A stretch of DNA of 64,000 nucleotides from a bacterium (GCA_965240465.1 OZ251219.1:6382-70381); one strand, 5' to 3'; positions 49,161 to 60,057 are shown, counted from the stretch's first letter. Numbers and translations are program-made. Notes: generated from the letters alone by a model not told the origin.

Positions 49161-49958
49161 TTGCCCAAAGTTATACAGGAGTTCGTTATGTTTATGCCAC
49201 TGATGCCAACCACAAAATTTATTCTGCGTATCCCCCGATGGACAGCCATTTTGCTCCTGCTTGCCCTAGCCCTACTGATAAGTGCGACACTCTGGTGGCT
49301 GCTGGAAAATGAAGCCTTAAACACGCTTGCTTATTTTAATACTTGGCTCGCCGATAGTGTAATTAAGCGTTTCGGTTACTGGGGAGTATTTTTGCTAATG
49401 ACCGTGGAGTCATCCTTTGTGCCATTCCCTTCTGAATTGGTAATACTTCCAGCTGGCGACTTAGCTCGTCGGCTACCCGATTGGACTCTCACTGGTGTTA
49501 TAATCTCGGGTACACTTGGCTCGTTAGCTGGGGCAATCATAAATTATGGTCTAGCACGCTGGTTGGGGCGTCTATTGACACTCAGGTTGCTGGAGATAAG
49601 TGGCCGCTGGTTACGTATTTCTGTGGCTTCTTACCAGCGTACTGAGCAAATATTTTTGAAATATGGCTATATCTCTACCTTTTGCGGTCGTTTGTTACCC
49701 GTCATTCGTCAGTTAATTTCCCTACCTGCCGGTCTAGCACGCATGCCTATTCTGCCATTTGCTGTGCTGACTACCATAGGTGCAGGAATTTGGGTATCTT
49801 TACTAGCTTGGCTAGGATTTCGCTTTGGCCAAGACCATCAAGTGCTTACCCAGCAACTAAAACAAAACAGTCTCTGGGTGATTATAGCCGTACTAACTCT
49901 GCTTATAGCTTGGATAGCTTGGAGGCTACGCCAAGAAAGGCGTTCATCCCGTTCTTAA
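49161..49958 (+). CDS. DedA family membrane protein
   Basis: ESSFVPFPSELV, GRLLPVIRQLISLPAG. Confidence 0.9.
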   Translation: MPKVIQEFVMFMPLMPTTKFILRIPRWTAILLLLALALLISATLWWLLENEALNTLAYFNTWLADSVIKRFGYWGVFLLMTVESSFVPFPSELVILPAGDLARRLPDWTLTGVIISGTLGSLAGAIINYGLARWLGRLLTLRLLEISGRWLRISVASYQRTEQIFLKYGYISTFCGRLLPVIRQLISLPAGLARMPILPFAVLTTIGAGIWVSLLAWLGFRFGQDHQVLTQQLKQNSLWVIIAVLTLLIAWIAWRLRQERRSSRS

Positions 49959-49981
49959 ACACCTTACTCGGAAAATACCCC

Positions 49982-50302
49982 ATGACGACTATATATTCTT
50001 CTTCTGAATCTGATGTTTCTTCTAACAAGAAATGTGTGTACATAGTTGTTTATGGCAGGGTGCAGGGTGTAGGTTATCGGGAATTTGTGTGTAAGGTTGC
50101 CAAACATTTTCAATTGACAGGATGGGTACACAACATGCCTGATGGACGCGTAGAGGCAGTGGTACGCATAAGTCATCAAATACTTCCTAAATTAGTTACC
50201 TTCCTAAAACAAGGAACTCCCTCTTCTAAAGTTATTCGGGTATCAACCAAAGAAATTTCATCCCTCAGTTGCCCGATCCGCGGCTTTGATATTATTACCT
50301 AA
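49982..50302 (+). CDS. acyP: Acylphosphatase
   Basis: VYGRVQGVGYR...GWVHNMPDGRVE. Confidence 0.9.
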   Translation: MTTIYSSSESDVSSNKKCVYIVVYGRVQGVGYREFVCKVAKHFQLTGWVHNMPDGRVEAVVRISHQILPKLVTFLKQGTPSSKVIRVSTKEISSLSCPIRGFDIIT

Positions 50303-51423
50303 CCCGTCTTGGCCCGAAATCTGGTTGCAGAAAAAGGTTTGATTACCGAGGGACATTCATTATCCAACATCAGGCTTACCAAGCTGTGGGCGGTGATGGG
50401 TGCATTCAGGATACCATTCCGATAATGACCCGTTGCCACAAAAAAACCAGGGGCAATCCGACCCACAATAGGAGCATTATCCCGACTACCAGGTCTTAAC
50501 CCTGCCCAAACTTCTTCCAGTGGCCACTCATCTACCCTGGGGAAAATTCTCCGTGCCTCCCGAAGCAAATCAAACAACACTCCCGCACTGGACTGTTTAT
50601 CAAAGCCTCGTTCTTCCACTGAAGCCCCTATCAATACCCTGCCATCCTCCCGCGGCACCAAGCAGTACCCATACCTAACCCCATGCAGTACACGCTTAGG
50701 AATCTCGTGCTGGGGTGCTCGCAAACACAACATCTGCCCCTTGATAGGCCGCACTGGCAAATCCACCAAAGAATCTACCCCCTTAATCATTCTACTCCAA
50801 CAACCTGCTGCCAATAGCACCTGTTTTCCTAGTAATACCTCGCCTTCCACCTGAACTGCAGGGGCTTCATCTCCCTGAGGTAATAGCTCCTGAACCTCAC
50901 AATGCTCCCGTAATTCTCCTCCAGCCGATAAGAATGCTCGCCTTAAAGTAGCCATCAAACGCCTATTGTCCACCTGATAATCATCCACCTTTATCCCCGC
51001 TACCACCCGAGGGGACAACCCATCCTCGCACATCTGTGCCTCCTCTCCTGATAACCATCGCACCTGATCTCGCTGCCCCTGCTGACGCTTAAATATCCGC
51101 TCCAGTTGCTGACGCTCATCGGCATCCAATGCCACTTGCAACGTTCCCTCATTGCGAAACCCTACCCGTTCTCCGCTGGCAGCCTCTAACTCGCGCACGA
51201 AATCTGGGTACAACCTCAAACTAGCCAGACCCAATTGATAAACCTCTTCTCCGTCCACCTCCAGCTCACATAGCGGCGACAACATTCCCGCCGCCGCCCA
51301 CGAGGACTCCTGCCCCGTCCCACCCCGCTCTAATATCAATACCCGCTCCTTACGCCGTGCCAACAACCATCCCACCGACAGCCCAATTATTCCCCCTCCT
51401 ATTATCAAGACGCCCCGATTCAT
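50299..51423 (-). CDS. thiO: Glycine oxidase ThiO
   Basis: IIGGGIIG, SWAAAGML, PIKGQM, WAGLRP, GHYRNGIL. Confidence 0.9.
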   Translation of the reverse strand: MNRGVLIIGGGIIGLSVGWLLARRKERVLILERGGTGQESSWAAAGMLSPLCELEVDGEEVYQLGLASLRLYPDFVRELEAASGERVGFRNEGTLQVALDADERQQLERIFKRQQGQRDQVRWLSGEEAQMCEDGLSPRVVAGIKVDDYQVDNRRLMATLRRAFLSAGGELREHCEVQELLPQGDEAPAVQVEGEVLLGKQVLLAAGCWSRMIKGVDSLVDLPVRPIKGQMLCLRAPQHEIPKRVLHGVRYGYCLVPREDGRVLIGASVEERGFDKQSSAGVLFDLLREARRIFPRVDEWPLEEVWAGLRPGSRDNAPIVGRIAPGFFVATGHYRNGILNAPITAHSLVSLMLDNECPSVIKPFSATRFRAKTG

Positions 51424-51484
51424 GCTCTGTTACTCAGCTAGATAAAGCCTCTGCCCGTTACCAGATATATCCTACACCAGAAAG

Positions 51485-52708
51485 CTATTCAAATAGCCAA
51501 TACCAACCGTAAGCCAACAAAACAGCTGGAACAGCACTATAAACAGTCGCCACCAGAGAGGCTTTAGGAGCCACTGCCAAGGCAGGGAAGAGGGCATCAC
51601 CATCATTGCAGATGGCGTTTCCCAGTTGAGCTGAGAACGGTATCAAACCATTGACATACAGGGTAGTCACTACCACTTGCGGTCCGCAACCCGGTATAAA
51701 GCCTAAGACAATTCCCATCAAAGGCACCAGCGGCGCCCACAAACTAAAGAACTGTTCCAATTGAACTCCGCTGAAAAACAAAGCTAGTTCATAGAGTAAA
51801 AACGCCAAAACTATCCACTTGGTAACAAAATTGGTATCATTTGCAATTCTACTAATAGTAGATCCATATTTCCATTTAACTACTAATTCTCTATGAGCAT
51901 GGCAACAATGTGGCTCACTAGGAGTTTTTTGCAGGGGCAAGATATCCCACATCATAAGACTCAAACTAGCCCCAAAAACACCCACCACTAAACGAGGAGA
52001 AAAGCCCTCAATTCCCAGCAGGGCATCAGCATCTAGCTGAAAGGCATCGGCTAAGCCCAGCACTACGCCTGGTATCAATATTAACATCCAAGCCCAGCCA
52101 AACAGAGACATCGGGGCTACTAAATTTCTATGTTTATGGCAAAGCAACTTTCCCGTTTTCTTGCTACGTAGAAAATCAGGCCCATGGATGGCATCCACCA
52201 GCATGCCACTGATACTCCCCACCACAATGCTACCTGCAAATAATCCTAATGCCACCAACGGTTTGCGTGCCAACAGCAAAAATGCAGCATCTCCCATAGT
52301 AGATATTAACACTGCCACCAAAGCCCCAAAACTAATGCCACCCTTCACATATTGAGTCACCACCACAATCGCCCCGCCACAGCCAGGCAAAGCCCCCGCC
52401 ACCGCCGCAATCACAGGCTGAACCCGACTGTACCGCTGCAGTAAACCAGCAACGTCCAAGCCTAGCCAATCCTCCAAAATGTAAAACAACGCCAAAGTGG
52501 CTGCCACAAACACCACCACCGACAAATAGGCATCCCTAAGCACCCACATCAACAAGATACGAGTCTGAGGGTTAACCAATAAACCCACCATAATCACGTA
52601 CAACAGCCACTTTCCCCAATTTACTGACTTTACGGCAACCAGAACCCCCTCGAACAAGCATAGCAACCTCGTCCAAGGTATTTTTAATTTCAGAATCAAT
52701 TCGGTCAC
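51485..52708 (-). CDS. Putative metal (Mn/Fe) transporter, DUF2899-type
   Basis: Twin PGCGG / PGCGPQ motifs, TMGDAAF, NDGDALFP, His/Cys loop. Confidence 0.8.
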   Translation of the reverse strand: MTELILKLKIPWTRLLCLFEGVLVAVKSVNWGKWLLYVIMVGLLVNPQTRILLMWVLRDAYLSVVVFVAATLALFYILEDWLGLDVAGLLQRYSRVQPVIAAVAGALPGCGGAIVVVTQYVKGGISFGALVAVLISTMGDAAFLLLARKPLVALGLFAGSIVVGSISGMLVDAIHGPDFLRSKKTGKLLCHKHRNLVAPMSLFGWAWMLILIPGVVLGLADAFQLDADALLGIEGFSPRLVVGVFGASLSLMMWDILPLQKTPSEPHCCHAHRELVVKWKYGSTISRIANDTNFVTKWIVLAFLLYELALFFSGVQLEQFFSLWAPLVPLMGIVLGFIPGCGPQVVVTTLYVNGLIPFSAQLGNAICNDGDALFPALAVAPKASLVATVYSAVPAVLLAYGWYWLFE

Positions 52709-52845
52709 GACTATCTGCTTATCTGTCTTTTAATCCATCTACAATATCACTAGTACTTAGACTTAATCTTTCAGGTTTGTAGAACTAACAGCATCTCAAG
52801 GCTATACCAAACTACAAATCAATCTAATAGAACATCAGTCTAAAT

Positions 52846-52864
52846 AATAATGAATATCATTCTC
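52846..52864. promoter_or_regulatory. Fur-family box upstream of the metal transporter
   Basis: AATAATGAATATCATTCTC matches 15/19 of GATAATGATAATCATTATC. Confidence 0.7.
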
Positions 52865-52983
52865 ATTACCGTCCCATTGTCTACCACGCCTTACCTACTT
52901 GTCAATAAGGATCACAAAATTATTTTTGAAAACAACTTTTAACAGTCGCTAGAAAAAGCAGACTCTTATCCAAAGGCCAACGC

Positions 52984-54084
52984 CTAACCACCATACATTA
53001 GTCTCTGACGCTTAAAATGACGTAGTGTACCGCGTTCTCGTACATCACCAGCTTTAAGAATCACAGCATCAGTAGCACTCTTGCCATCTGGGCTGACCAG
53101 CGTACCTCCCACCGCTAAACGCCAAGCAGGAATCACGGGTATCTGATATTCAACCCCATTAACTTCCAAAAGTAGCGGCGGCAAAACTTGCCCGCTAGCT
53201 TCGTCGTATATTTTCTTTCCCAAAGCCATAACCACGCCACTAGCAAGCACTGCACCTTCCTGTACAATCCCTGCCACTTCACACATGGCTCCAATCCGTA
53301 CTTTGTTTTCAACTATGGTTGGCATGCGTCCTGAAGGCTCTAACACCCCTTCTAATCCTGTACCCGCACCCAATTTCACCCCCAGACCTACCTGAGTTGC
53401 AGAAGCCACCCGTACTCCCGTATCTACCATTACTCCGTCGCCGCCAATCCAAGCCCCTATGTTTATAAATGCCTGACTCATGACCACTGTCCCTGCCCCC
53501 AACCAAGCCCCCCGCCGTACCACCGAACCAGGCAAATAACGAACCCCACCTTCACGAAAACGAGTAGCATCCCAGCATGCAGTCTTCAAAGGAATCTTGT
53601 CCCAATAGCCACCCTCCATACGGGTATTCTCATGAGTAGAAAAATAATTCAGTACCCCTTGCATCACCCATACTTGAGGTTGCCACTCCCCATCTACCTT
53701 CTCTGCACAACGAACCCGACCATCATCCATTAAATCAATTAAATCTTCTGTATCCCCCGCCGAACCCTCAAGCTTATTCAACCTCTCCACCACTCCCTCA
53801 CTCCCCTCTACCATCTCTACTTGCACACCCTTAAAAATCTCTTCTGAAATCAACAAACTCGCTATCGCGTCCTCCTTTTCTAAACACCTCCGCTCAGCCG
53901 ACCCCAAGTCACCCAATAGTGACCAATTCAAGCTACACTCTCCATCATCACCCTCCACTGATAGCAACGACAATATTCTTAACACCTCGCCATTATCACC
54001 CAAATTAGGCAACACCGCGTGCGTTTCATCACCGATTCTCAGACGCATTAACACAATCTGTTTCCAATTTTTAAACTTTGCCAT
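52984..54084 (-). CDS. dapD: DapD-like tetrahydrodipicolinate N-succinyltransferase with N-terminal extension
   Basis: LMDDGRVRCAEK..GEW...WDKIPLK...GVRYLPGSVVRRGA, FINIGA, GVLEP. Confidence 0.75.
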   Translation of the reverse strand: MAKFKNWKQIVLMRLRIGDETHAVLPNLGDNGEVLRILSLLSVEGDDGECSLNWSLLGDLGSAERRCLEKEDAIASLLISEEIFKGVQVEMVEGSEGVVERLNKLEGSAGDTEDLIDLMDDGRVRCAEKVDGEWQPQVWVMQGVLNYFSTHENTRMEGGYWDKIPLKTACWDATRFREGGVRYLPGSVVRRGAWLGAGTVVMSQAFINIGAWIGGDGVMVDTGVRVASATQVGLGVKLGAGTGLEGVLEPSGRMPTIVENKVRIGAMCEVAGIVQEGAVLASGVVMALGKKIYDEASGQVLPPLLLEVNGVEYQIPVIPAWRLAVGGTLVSPDGKSATDAVILKAGDVRERGTLRHFKRQRLMYGG

Positions 54085-54165
54085 TTAACTTTATGTACCT
54101 ATTTTACTATCCAAAAGAAAGATTGAAATATTTCTTACAGAAACACTTTCCCTGCATGAAACTGT

Positions 54166-55053
54166 TTAGGCAATACCCATAAAAATAGTTTTTGAGCTGG
54201 GGGTAATTTGGAATTGGTGCTGAGGTGGGATTGCTTCGCCATCCAATTGGGCTGCCAAGGGAGTTTCTGAGTTGATAGTACAGTAATTTCCCAGTTGATA
54301 TTGGGAAAATTTGGTAGTGTTTTGTTTGAGGGGTACAAAGATTTTCAGTAGCATAGCAGTAAGATGTCCTAAAGGGGCAGCTACAAATACCAATTGGGGT
54401 TTAAGCAATCCTGCTTGGGAATGGATAATAAAAGGACCGGCGTATCGTTTAGCACGGCAAGCTATCAACCAGACAGATTGTCGTTGTGGAGAAGGGGGGC
54501 TGGAAGGCTGGGCTGATTTTGTGTGAACCTGCCAAGAAAATGATATCTTGGGAGACAAAAATTCTCGTAAACCCTGCAAGACATAGCTACCCACTCCCAG
54601 CCATTGTTTTTGCCATCTCCTTGTAGCATGCACTACGCGGGCATCGTATCCGAAGCTAGCCATCAGTAAAAAGGCACGCCCGTTCAGGCTACCAGGACGC
54701 ACCTTAATAACCCTCATACGAGCAACGGCGGGAGCTATTTTTCGGGTCTGTAAGGGAATGTTTAGTTCTCGTGCCAGAACATTTGCTGTTCCTCCGGGCA
54801 AACATATCAGCGGAAGTTGACGCCCCAGCAGTCCATTGGCAGCTTCATTGAATGAGCCATCTCCCCCCATCACCGCCACCCTGGTTACACCCCTGACCTG
54901 TTGTACCAACTCCCTCAAGTGCCCTGGATATTTGCTTTCCTGCACCCGAGTCTGAATCCCTTCCGCATGTAGTCCTCTCAAGATGGCTTCTAGACGTGCA
55001 GAAGAATACCTCCCCGCTTTTGGATTATACAGTACCGCCCAGTTCTCCATCAT
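54166..55053 (-). CDS. Diacylglycerol/lipid kinase family (YegS-like)
   Basis: NPKAG, GGDGS, PGGTANVLA, GYDA, QLDGE. Confidence 0.9.
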   Translation of the reverse strand: MMENWAVLYNPKAGRYSSARLEAILRGLHAEGIQTRVQESKYPGHLRELVQQVRGVTRVAVMGGDGSFNEAANGLLGRQLPLICLPGGTANVLARELNIPLQTRKIAPAVARMRVIKVRPGSLNGRAFLLMASFGYDARVVHATRRWQKQWLGVGSYVLQGLREFLSPKISFSWQVHTKSAQPSSPPSPQRQSVWLIACRAKRYAGPFIIHSQAGLLKPQLVFVAAPLGHLTAMLLKIFVPLKQNTTKFSQYQLGNYCTINSETPLAAQLDGEAIPPQHQFQITPSSKTIFMGIA

Positions 55054-55267
55054 TTCCCTAAAACTTAGTGATAGCCCTTACAAAACATACCCGTGCTCTT
55101 CGTAATTTATGGATATGTCTACTCAGACTTCTCAACCCTATTTAGCCTAGCATGTATCATTTAGTGCTGAATAATGGTAGAGTTCGCTTTACTTTCGGTT
55201 GCTTGTTCTAATTTTTTTGCTGTTTTTTGGTTTCTTTTTTTGGCAATTTCCGTTTTGCTATTTAATC

Positions 55268-56227
55268 ATGCCCGATGCTCTAGCATCTCAATTTGTTCAA
55301 CCTAAGTATGCGTCTACTGTTGCCAAGGAACAGGCACGGGTTTTATTTTTGTGTCAGCAACAGATTGTGTTGGCCCTGGAAGGTATTGACGGAAGTCGTT
55401 TTAAGCAAGATTTTTGGCAACGGAGTGGTAGCACAAGCGGGAGTGGTCTCAGTTGTGTGTTGGAGGAGGGGGAAATTTTTGAAAAGGGAGCCGTGTTGTT
55501 TTCATCTGTACAGGGTGAGAAGCTACCTAAGACAGCTTTAACAGGCTCAAGTGGACAGAGTACATTGGAAGAGAGTCCTTTTTTTGCGACTGGATTATCG
55601 TTGATTCTTCACCCTCACAACCCTTATGTACCCGCGGTTCATCTGAATGTTCGTTACTTTGAGACAAGCAATTATTGGTGGTTTGGCGGAGGCATGGATC
55701 TAACTCCTTTTTATCCTTTCACCGAAGATTGCATTGAATTTCATCAGGCAGCCAAATGTGCCTGCGATAAATTTGATCCTAACTGGTATGCTCGTTTTAA
55801 GGCTTGGTGCGATGAATATTTTTATCTTCCTCATCGCAAAGAATGCCGAGGAATAGGCGGTATTTTTTTTAATCATCTTCGTCCCCGTAGTCAGGAGCTG
55901 GGCTTAGAATTTTTACAGTCTGTCATCAAAGCATTTTTGCGTGCTTATCCTGCCATTGTGAAGAGGAGATCTCCCCTTTCTTATGGCCAGTGTGAACGCG
56001 ATTTTCTGACATACCGTCGCGGGCGTTACGTGGAATTCAACCTTCTATATGACCAAGGTACTTTGTTTGGGCTACAATCTGATGGGCGAGTAGAATCAAT
56101 CTTCATGTCCATGCCCCCGCAAGTCAGCTGGCGTTACAACTGGCAACCACCACCAAACAGCCCTGAGGCTAAACTCACCAAGCATTTTCTGCAGCCTCAG
56201 GACTGGGCTAATCAAAAACTGCCCTAA
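55268..56227 (+). CDS. hemF: Oxygen-dependent coproporphyrinogen III oxidase
   Basis: HPHNPYVP.VH.N.RYF, WFGGGMDLTP, RGIGGIFF, RRGRYVEFNL.YD.GT.FGL. Confidence 0.97.
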   Translation: MPDALASQFVQPKYASTVAKEQARVLFLCQQQIVLALEGIDGSRFKQDFWQRSGSTSGSGLSCVLEEGEIFEKGAVLFSSVQGEKLPKTALTGSSGQSTLEESPFFATGLSLILHPHNPYVPAVHLNVRYFETSNYWWFGGGMDLTPFYPFTEDCIEFHQAAKCACDKFDPNWYARFKAWCDEYFYLPHRKECRGIGGIFFNHLRPRSQELGLEFLQSVIKAFLRAYPAIVKRRSPLSYGQCERDFLTYRRGRYVEFNLLYDQGTLFGLQSDGRVESIFMSMPPQVSWRYNWQPPPNSPEAKLTKHFLQPQDWANQKLP

Positions 56228-56482
56228 TATTCTGAACCTTTTTTGTGCAAACATTGCTCTTAGAACACCTTAAAACGAATTATAAATGTCTTTTTATAAC
56301 AATGTATTATGAAATAAAATTTTGGAAAGCAGTGAATTTATATGGACGGCTTGCAAATTTCTTGTATCATGCTGGTGATGGCGGAGAGGTGCGACTTTGT
56401 TTCACCCTTTGTTTGCCATGTGATACGAATCCATGGGCTAAAAGCTGAGTAATTGTAAGTTATCATTTAGAATTGAAGATTG

Positions 56483-56547
56483 AAAAGTATCGGATCCTGG
56501 GCTCCCCCCTTCCCCCCCAATCCCGCCCAGGGTCCGGTATTACTTTT
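56483..56547 (+). other. Strong hairpin with C-rich loop followed by a short U-tract (terminator or sRNA element)
   Basis: ATCGGATCCTGGGC / GCCCAGGGTCCGGT arms, poly-C loop, TACTTTT. Confidence 0.55.
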
Positions 56548-56796
56548 GGGTTCAGTTGTTGCGGGTGAGGATGCCTTTCCCGTGTATTTGTCGGGCGGTA
56601 CTTTGTAGCCTCAGCAGTTCTTCTCGGTCTATTGTCGAAGGGGTGGAATCTGTGCTAGGGTGAGTGCTCTAGAAGTTTGCTTTAAAAATTGCCGTATTAT
56701 TTGCCCTGTCCCTGTCCCATGTGTTAGTCACTCCAAGGAGTTCAGCAGTTTTGGTAAGCTTAATATGCTTTAAGTCCTAACGTTTGTTACCGCCGC

Positions 56797-57885
56797 TTGG
56801 ATTCCTCAGTAAGAAAAATTAGTCGCATGAAACAACACATGTCCTATCGCCAGTCTGTCTTGATTAGAACAGGATTGTTTACGGTGCTGTTAGCAGCTTT
56901 CGCTATTTGGGCGTACAAAGACGCACACTTTCTAAATACAACCCCATTAACGTCTCTGCCTCTCGCAGGTAGCAAATCTCTTAAGCTGGATGGCAACCCT
57001 TTCTCTTTGGAATCTCTCCATAATCGTCTGCCTAAGAGCGGTTTGGACAGAGTATCTGCCAACATTCAGTATTTTTCAGGCAGGCAGCAGGGACGCATGA
57101 CCCGAGGCTTAGCACGTTCCAATCGCTACATGACGCAGTATCGTAGCATTTTCCAGCAACAAGGCATCCCCGTAGAACTAACTTACCTGCCCTTGATAGA
57201 AAGCGGTTTTATGGAAACTGCCGTATCGCCAGCACAGGCAGTAGGAATGTGGCAATTTATTGCTTCTACCGGCAAAATCTTTAACTTGCACGCCAATCAA
57301 TGGAGCGATAGCCGCCGTGACCCCATCAAGAGTGCACACGCAGCAGCACGCTATCTGAAGCAATTGCATAAGCGCTTTGACAACTGGGAACTGGCACTTG
57401 CTGCCTACAATGCAGGTGCAAGAACAGTTCAAACGTCTATACGCCGCAATAAAAGAGAGGGAAAACCTACTGATTTTTGGCACCTAGATCTACCACAAGA
57501 AACCCAAAACTATGTACCCGCTTTTCTGGCTGCGGTAATCATCTCAAAAAATCCACCTGCCTATGGGCTTAACATCCGCTTTGAACCACAACTACAATTT
57601 GACATAATCCAAACCGGCCCTGGAATTCCTCTCGGACCATTGGCAAAAGTACTTGATATATCCTTAAAAACTTTGCGTGAACTTAACCCCCAATTACTTC
57701 AAGACACCGTCCCCCCAAAATCCCTCCCCGAAAATGAAAGCTACTCGCTTCGCATTCCAAAAGGAAAAACACCCTACCTCTTAAAAAAACTCAATGCCGA
57801 ATATCAATCATCATGGGTACTCCATTACGACAATTCCAAAACCGAGTTCCCGATAAATCAGTTTGTAGTACTCAGCTCACAATAA
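56797..57885 (+). CDS. Lytic transglycosylase (MltD-like SLT domain)
   Basis: YLPLIESGF, AVGMWQF, LAAYNAG, LPQETQNYVP. Confidence 0.92.
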   Translation: MDSSVRKISRMKQHMSYRQSVLIRTGLFTVLLAAFAIWAYKDAHFLNTTPLTSLPLAGSKSLKLDGNPFSLESLHNRLPKSGLDRVSANIQYFSGRQQGRMTRGLARSNRYMTQYRSIFQQQGIPVELTYLPLIESGFMETAVSPAQAVGMWQFIASTGKIFNLHANQWSDSRRDPIKSAHAAARYLKQLHKRFDNWELALAAYNAGARTVQTSIRRNKREGKPTDFWHLDLPQETQNYVPAFLAAVIISKNPPAYGLNIRFEPQLQFDIIQTGPGIPLGPLAKVLDISLKTLRELNPQLLQDTVPPKSLPENESYSLRIPKGKTPYLLKKLNAEYQSSWVLHYDNSKTEFPINQFVVLSSQ

Positions 57886-57922
57886 TAATCCCTCTTCTTT
57901 TCCAGAAATCAATGCAACGCTA

Positions 57923-58957
57923 ATGGCACAATACTTCATCAAAAGGCTACTGATAATTGCACCTACTTTCATTGGTATTTCCTTGATGACTTTCTTAGTA
58001 GTCAACCTCGCACCAGGAGGACCCATTGAGCAAACACTACGAGAAATTCGTTTTGGCAGTGCCGGAATCGGACAAGCAGGCGATACCAACAACATTGCTA
58101 ATCAAGGTGTTTCTCAGGAAGTAATTGAACAGCTAAAAAAGCAATACGGTTTTGATAAACCTCTCATAGTCCGTTATTTAATATGGATCTCTAGCCTCGT
58201 TAGGCTGGATTTCGGCGACTCATTCATTCATGATGAGTCAGTCATAAGCGTGGTTAGAAGCAAGTTTCCTGTATCTCTGATGTTTGGCGTTACTTCACTG
58301 ATACTCACTTATTTGATATGTATCCCACTAGGAGTAATTAAAGCTGTCCGCGATGGTAGCTGGTTTGATTCATCTTCTTCCGTCCTAGTTTTTGTCGGTT
58401 ACGCCACTCCCTCCCTAATGCTGGGCATCTTACTGATCGTACTATTTGGCGGTGGAACCTTCTTCAACTGGTTTCCCATCTCGGGGACCGTGTCAGACCT
58501 ACACGATATCTTATCCCTCCCAGAACGCATCTGGGACCGTATCCACCATTCTATCCTGCCCCTAATAAGCTATCTAGCAGGCAATTTCGCTGCCCTTACC
58601 CTGTTGATGAAAAACTCCTACCTTGAAGAAATCCAAAAACCGTATGTTATGACAGCTCGTTCAAAAGGACTCAGCGAAGTGGTCATTCGCTACCGTCATG
58701 CTCTTAGAAATGCACTTATTCCCATTGTAACCGGGCTGGGAGGCTTTCTGGGGGTTTTCTTTGTAGGCAATTTGTTCATTGAGCAAATTTTTAGCCTAGA
58801 CGGAATAGGCTTGCTGTTTTACAGTTCACTATTGGCACGCGACTACCCTGTTGTCCTGGGAATCTTGAGCATGACAAGCATAATACTGCTAATTGGAAAT
58901 GTAATTAGTGACTTCTTTTATACTCTAGTTGACCCCCGCATTGATTTTAACAAATAG
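57923..58957 (+). CDS. yejB: Peptide ABC transporter permease (YejB-like)
   Basis: APGGPIEQ, YGFDKP, DFGDS, TARSKGL, LVDPRIDF. Confidence 0.8.
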   Translation: MAQYFIKRLLIIAPTFIGISLMTFLVVNLAPGGPIEQTLREIRFGSAGIGQAGDTNNIANQGVSQEVIEQLKKQYGFDKPLIVRYLIWISSLVRLDFGDSFIHDESVISVVRSKFPVSLMFGVTSLILTYLICIPLGVIKAVRDGSWFDSSSSVLVFVGYATPSLMLGILLIVLFGGGTFFNWFPISGTVSDLHDILSLPERIWDRIHHSILPLISYLAGNFAALTLLMKNSYLEEIQKPYVMTARSKGLSEVVIRYRHALRNALIPIVTGLGGFLGVFFVGNLFIEQIFSLDGIGLLFYSSLLARDYPVVLGILSMTSIILLIGNVISDFFYTLVDPRIDFNK

Positions 58958-58971
58958 AATTTCTGTATTAT

Positions 58972-60039
58972 TTGTCCCGACCGTATCTTATAAGATTGCA
59001 TGCTATGGCTTTTAAGCTAAACCCCCTCACTCTTGCACATATCACCGCTTTTCGTAAGCGAAAGCTTTCTTGGTATTCCCTGATCGCGATTATAGCCATA
59101 TTTTCATTATCTTTGGGGGCTGAATTGTTAGTGAATAACCGCCCTGTGGTGATGAATTGGCAAAGCAAATTGTATTTTCCCGTTTTCAAGCAATACAACC
59201 CCGATGAGTTTGGACAAGAAGGAACATTTGTAACCGATTATCGCGAGATTCCATTCTCTGAAGAAGATTGGGCGATTTGGCCGTTGGTACGCTGGGGACC
59301 CCTTGAATCTGATCTCAGTTTGGAATTTTTCCCTTCTCCGCCCAGTAGTAAGCACTTGCTTGGCGTAGATGACAAAGGTCGCGATTTGCTGGCCCGTCTG
59401 TTGTATGGATTTCGCATTGCCATGACATTTGCCCTGGGAGTGTGGTTGATGTCGTTTTCCATTGGCATGTTTGCTGGAGCTGTGCAGGGTTACTTTGGTG
59501 GACGAGTAGATTTCTACGGCCAACGATTATCTGAAATTTGGAGTTCAGTACCTACATTTTTTCTCCTGATCACTATCAGTTCAATCTTTACCCCTAATGT
59601 TTTTATTCTAGCCGTGTTGTTTGCCATTTTTGGCTGGACGGTCATTGCCCAATATCAACGGGCTGAGTTTCTAAATCTCCGCCGCCGCGAGTTCATAGAA
59701 GCAGCTCGCGTGGCTGGTGCAAGCCCCTGGCGAATAATATGGAGACACGTAATGCCTAATGCCATTACTCCAATTGTTACATTCACACCCTTCGCCATAG
59801 CTGGCGGAATTACCGGTATCGCTGCTCTAGACTACCTAGGTTTCGGACTTCAACCTCCTGCTCCCAGTTGGGGCGAATTACTACGCCAAGCCCTACAACA
59901 TTTTTCCACTGCCTGGTGGATTTCCGTCTATACCGTTGGATGCATGTTCGGCGTGTTATTGCTACTTGTCTTTATCAACGAAGGTGCCCGTGAAGCATTT
60001 GACCCCCGGAAGCTTTATCACGACAGCAATTCTTCTTAA
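58972..60039 (+). CDS. yejE: Peptide ABC transporter permease (YejE-like)
   Basis: LGVDDKGRDLLARLLYGFR, RAEFL, LDYLGFGL, SWGELL, EGAREAFDP. Confidence 0.8.
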   Translation: MSRPYLIRLHAMAFKLNPLTLAHITAFRKRKLSWYSLIAIIAIFSLSLGAELLVNNRPVVMNWQSKLYFPVFKQYNPDEFGQEGTFVTDYREIPFSEEDWAIWPLVRWGPLESDLSLEFFPSPPSSKHLLGVDDKGRDLLARLLYGFRIAMTFALGVWLMSFSIGMFAGAVQGYFGGRVDFYGQRLSEIWSSVPTFFLLITISSIFTPNVFILAVLFAIFGWTVIAQYQRAEFLNLRRREFIEAARVAGASPWRIIWRHVMPNAITPIVTFTPFAIAGGITGIAALDYLGFGLQPPAPSWGELLRQALQHFSTAWWISVYTVGCMFGVLLLLVFINEGAREAFDPRKLYHDSNSS

Positions 60040-60057
60040 AGCCCCCTGTTAGACCCA

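Noticed and set aside
49682-49981. N-terminal extension of acylphosphatase
   Set aside because: Overlaps dedA in another frame; homology starts after ATG 49982
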